A stretch of DNA of 32,000 nucleotides from Candidatus Atelocyanobacterium thalassae (lineage in GTDB: Bacteria > Cyanobacteriota > Cyanobacteriia > Cyanobacteriales > Microcystaceae): the NCBI GenBank assembly GCA_051971635.1, contig JBFPLN010000003.1, forward strand, positions 79,714-111,713, in the 5' to 3' direction. The notes under the pieces are model-generated. The model worked only from the letters and a program-made list of their open reading frames with translations, was not told the DNA's origin and did no database searches. Made by a program: the position numbers and the translations under genes. This document shows positions 30,200-32,000 of the stretch, in pieces; position 1 is the first letter of the stretch; every line of letters begins with the position of its first letter.

Positions 30200-31427
30200 A
30201 CAGTTACAGGTTTTTTATTTAACTAGAAATTAGCCTATCTAAAACTAAAGCCAATTTTAAGTCTGCAATTCTAAGTGAGCCCTATAAGAAAACTTAATGA
30301 ATTACTTAAGTAGATCATCAGATATTTCTTACTACTTTATCCATCGTGTTAGAAAAAGCCTTAGAGCGAGTCACTGCTAATAATATCATGTTAATGTAAC
30401 AACATGAATAGGAGGACTGTACTGGTAAGCATAAGTTAAGAAAGTATTAAACATTTAAATATAAAATAATAGGAAAGTATGATAAATATGAAATAAGTAC
30501 TAATTAATTATAGGAATTTTGAGTATAACAATAGAAATTACTTAGTTAGTTATTCATATATGAGTTAATACTTTTACAGAATAATTTGTAGAGAGAAAAA
30601 TATACTAATGTGCTAAATTAATCACACATTACTTTTCGAATAATAAAAGGTATAACTCAAAAGCTAGTTTATTTAGTAATAAATGCTATTATTTTACGTG
30701 ATTGTTTATAAAAATACTTGTACCGTAAGGGTAAAGCTATTTACTAGCATCTGAGTTATACATAACTAATTCACTTAAAAAAATTGATTTCTTAAGCTTA
30801 GCTATAATAAATTTTTATTTTGAGGAATGATTCTTAATATTAAAATTTTAGTATTGCATTAATCTATCAGATACAAATAACATAATATTATCAATATAGA
30901 TCTATAGTCTATATTACCTAGATAAACTTGCTACATTCCTCCAAATAAAATAAATTTCAAAATATGATTAATCTTATTTCATTCTGTCAAATTTAAAGTA
31001 TTGAGTATAAAATTTTTATAGGACTACATTTCAAGTTTTATAAGAGTATTGTGCATTAGTAATAAGAGTAACTTACAAAAAGTATCAAGTATCACTTATG
31101 CTACTTACTTAAATTCATGAAAAGATAAGATAACTATGCTATAAAAATAATTATCTTACCTTTTATTTTATTATTCTAATCATTTCTTTTACTTTGCTAA
31201 TATTTCAGAAATGTCTATCTGAGATGAGGTTTTAGAATTCTTCCAATAAATTTTTCTCTTTTTATTTGTCAATCTAGTTACTAGTATATTTAAGAAACCA
31301 GAATAGTAATTTAATGTATGGCTAAGTTACCTATATTTATTTTCATCCTTTAAACATTGAAATATTCAGTTGATAATTATCTATTTTTTTTTATTTGAAT
31401 TTAAAGATTTAGCGTTATATTTTTGAT

Positions 31428-31468
31428 ATGATGACTAGTGATTAATATTATTAGTCACTGGTTATCAT
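31428..31468 (+). promoter_or_regulatory. Long dyad or hairpin in the presumed cyAbrB leader/promoter
   Basis: The 41-nt dyad ATGATGACTAGTGATTAATATTATTAGTCACTGGTTATCAT has 20 symmetric positions. Of these, 17 are Watson-Crick and 3 are T/G. It ends 30 nt upstream of the ATG, and an AAGGA Shine-Dalgarno-like sequence lies at 31482-31486. Confidence 0.45.
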
Positions 31469-31498
31469 TAATATAAGAGTAAAGGACATTGAAAAATT

Positions 31499-31885
31499 AT
31501 GACCAATACAAATTCTACTCCCTTAATGGGAAAAGCTTTACTTCAAAAGGTAAAAGAATTATCACATAAACCTCGAAGAGAAACTGCTAAAGAGTGTGGA
31601 TATTATTCAGTAACAAAGGATGGACAAATTCGTGTTAATCTGACTGATTTTTATGATGCAGTATTAGGAGCGAAAGGAGTTCCCCTTGAGCCTGGCTCTA
31701 CTAAAGATGGGCGAGGTCGCGAACCTACATTTCGTGTTAGTGTTCACAAAAACGGTCAAATTGTCATAGGTTCTACTTATACAGAACAAATGGGGTTAAA
31801 ACCAGGTGATGAATTTGAAATTAAACTTGGTTACAAACATATTCATCTTAAACAAGTTGATATTGAAGATCAAGAAGCCGCCTAA
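31499..31885 (+). CDS. cyAbrB-type transcriptional regulator (cyanobacterial AbrB-like protein with a C-terminal AbrB/SpoVT domain)
   Basis: 128 aa. GKALLQKVKELSHKPRRETAKECGYYSV...VNLTDFYDAVLGAKGV...DGRGREPTFRVSVHKNGQIVIGSTYTEQMGLKPGDEFEIKLGYKHIHLKQV closely follows the conserved cyAbrB (Sll0359/Sll0822, CalA/CalB) pattern. Confidence 0.9.
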   Translation: MTNTNSTPLMGKALLQKVKELSHKPRRETAKECGYYSVTKDGQIRVNLTDFYDAVLGAKGVPLEPGSTKDGRGREPTFRVSVHKNGQIVIGSTYTEQMGLKPGDEFEIKLGYKHIHLKQVDIEDQEAA

Positions 31886-31932
31886 ACCGTTTTTAATTTT
31901 CATAAATGTAAATAATATTACTAACTAGAATT

Positions 31933-31978
31933 AAAAAAAAGGATAGTCATTAATCCTATTGCTTAGGGCTAATGACTA
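31933..31978 (-). terminator. Candidate terminator oriented for a - strand gene lying beyond the right edge (it may also stop cyAbrB transcripts)
   Basis: TAGTCATTA (31944-31952) pairs with TAATGACTA (31970-31978), with a further CC/GG pair across a 2-nt internal mismatch. On the - strand the hairpin is followed by T8 (the A-run at 31933-31940 on the + strand). Confidence 0.4.
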
Positions 31979-32000
31979 AAAAGCAAACGAGATTACTTTG

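Noticed and set aside
30337-30345. A DnaA-box-like TTATCCATC lies in the large spacer, a possible sign of an origin.
   Set aside because: It matches only 7 of 9 positions of TTATCCACA, with both mismatches in the critical CACA end. It is a single copy, and I saw no cluster of boxes on either strand.
30297-30380. A 27-codon ORF (MNYLSRSSDISYYFIHRVRKSLRASHC) is the longest ATG ORF I traced in the spacer. I also looked there for a small ATP-synthase-regulator-type ORF of about 40-60 aa.
   Set aside because: It has no Shine-Dalgarno, no hydrophobic or otherwise recognisable pattern, and no terminator. My hand scan for 30-59 codon ORFs, especially on the - strand, was not exhaustive, so this is a weak negative.
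31040-31481. The 9-mer ATAAGAGTA occurs three times upstream of cyAbrB (31040, 31062, 31473) and once on the - strand at the atpB stop (28981-28989). It could be a binding-site motif.
   Set aside because: In DNA this AT-rich, dozens of repeated 9-mers are expected by chance within 1.3 kb. The motif was picked post hoc, and I cannot compute a proper enrichment. There is no consistent spacing or dyad context.

Overview
This is an AT-rich cyanobacterial chromosomal segment, roughly one-third G+C by eye with spacers visibly lower, made almost entirely of conserved housekeeping genes. Left to right:
- the 3' end of pds, then crtB
- an orphan HicB-like gene
- ychF
- a 34-codon petL-like micro-ORF that is not in the supplied ORF track
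- plsX-fabH-fabD
- hypD (-)
- sufE
- a shortened PBP4/DacB-like peptidase (-)
- tsaB
- a UPF0104-type membrane protein
- a GTPase-lpxB-lpxA block (-)
- an O-antigen-ligase/IctB-like membrane protein
- a solitary ABC ATPase (-)
- a small acidic protein
- mraY
- a tlyA-like methyltransferase (-)
- dnaN
- menD (-)
- the complete large cyanobacterial ATP synthase operon atp1-a-c-b'-b-delta-alpha-gamma (-, 24260-30199)
- a 1.3 kb ORF-free, very AT-rich spacer
- a cyAbrB-type regulator

I saw no rRNA, tRNA, CRISPR array, transposase, integrase or phage-like gene. I do not see a convincing novel multi-gene system in this window. The items worth a second look are modest:
- a PBP4-family peptidase that seems to have lost its inserted domains in frame
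- the long empty spacer next to the atp operon
- a long hairpin, G:U-compatible on the + strand, in the presumed cyAbrB leader
- several strong hairpins, including two inside the atp operon and one orphan terminator-like hairpin
- an antitoxin-like gene with no toxin partner
- a dnaN upstream region without DnaA boxes

Gene content (hypD, PSI/phylloquinone menD, carotenoid genes), low GC and long empty spacers fit a unicellular, possibly genome-reduced cyanobacterium. The organism cannot be named from the sequence alone.
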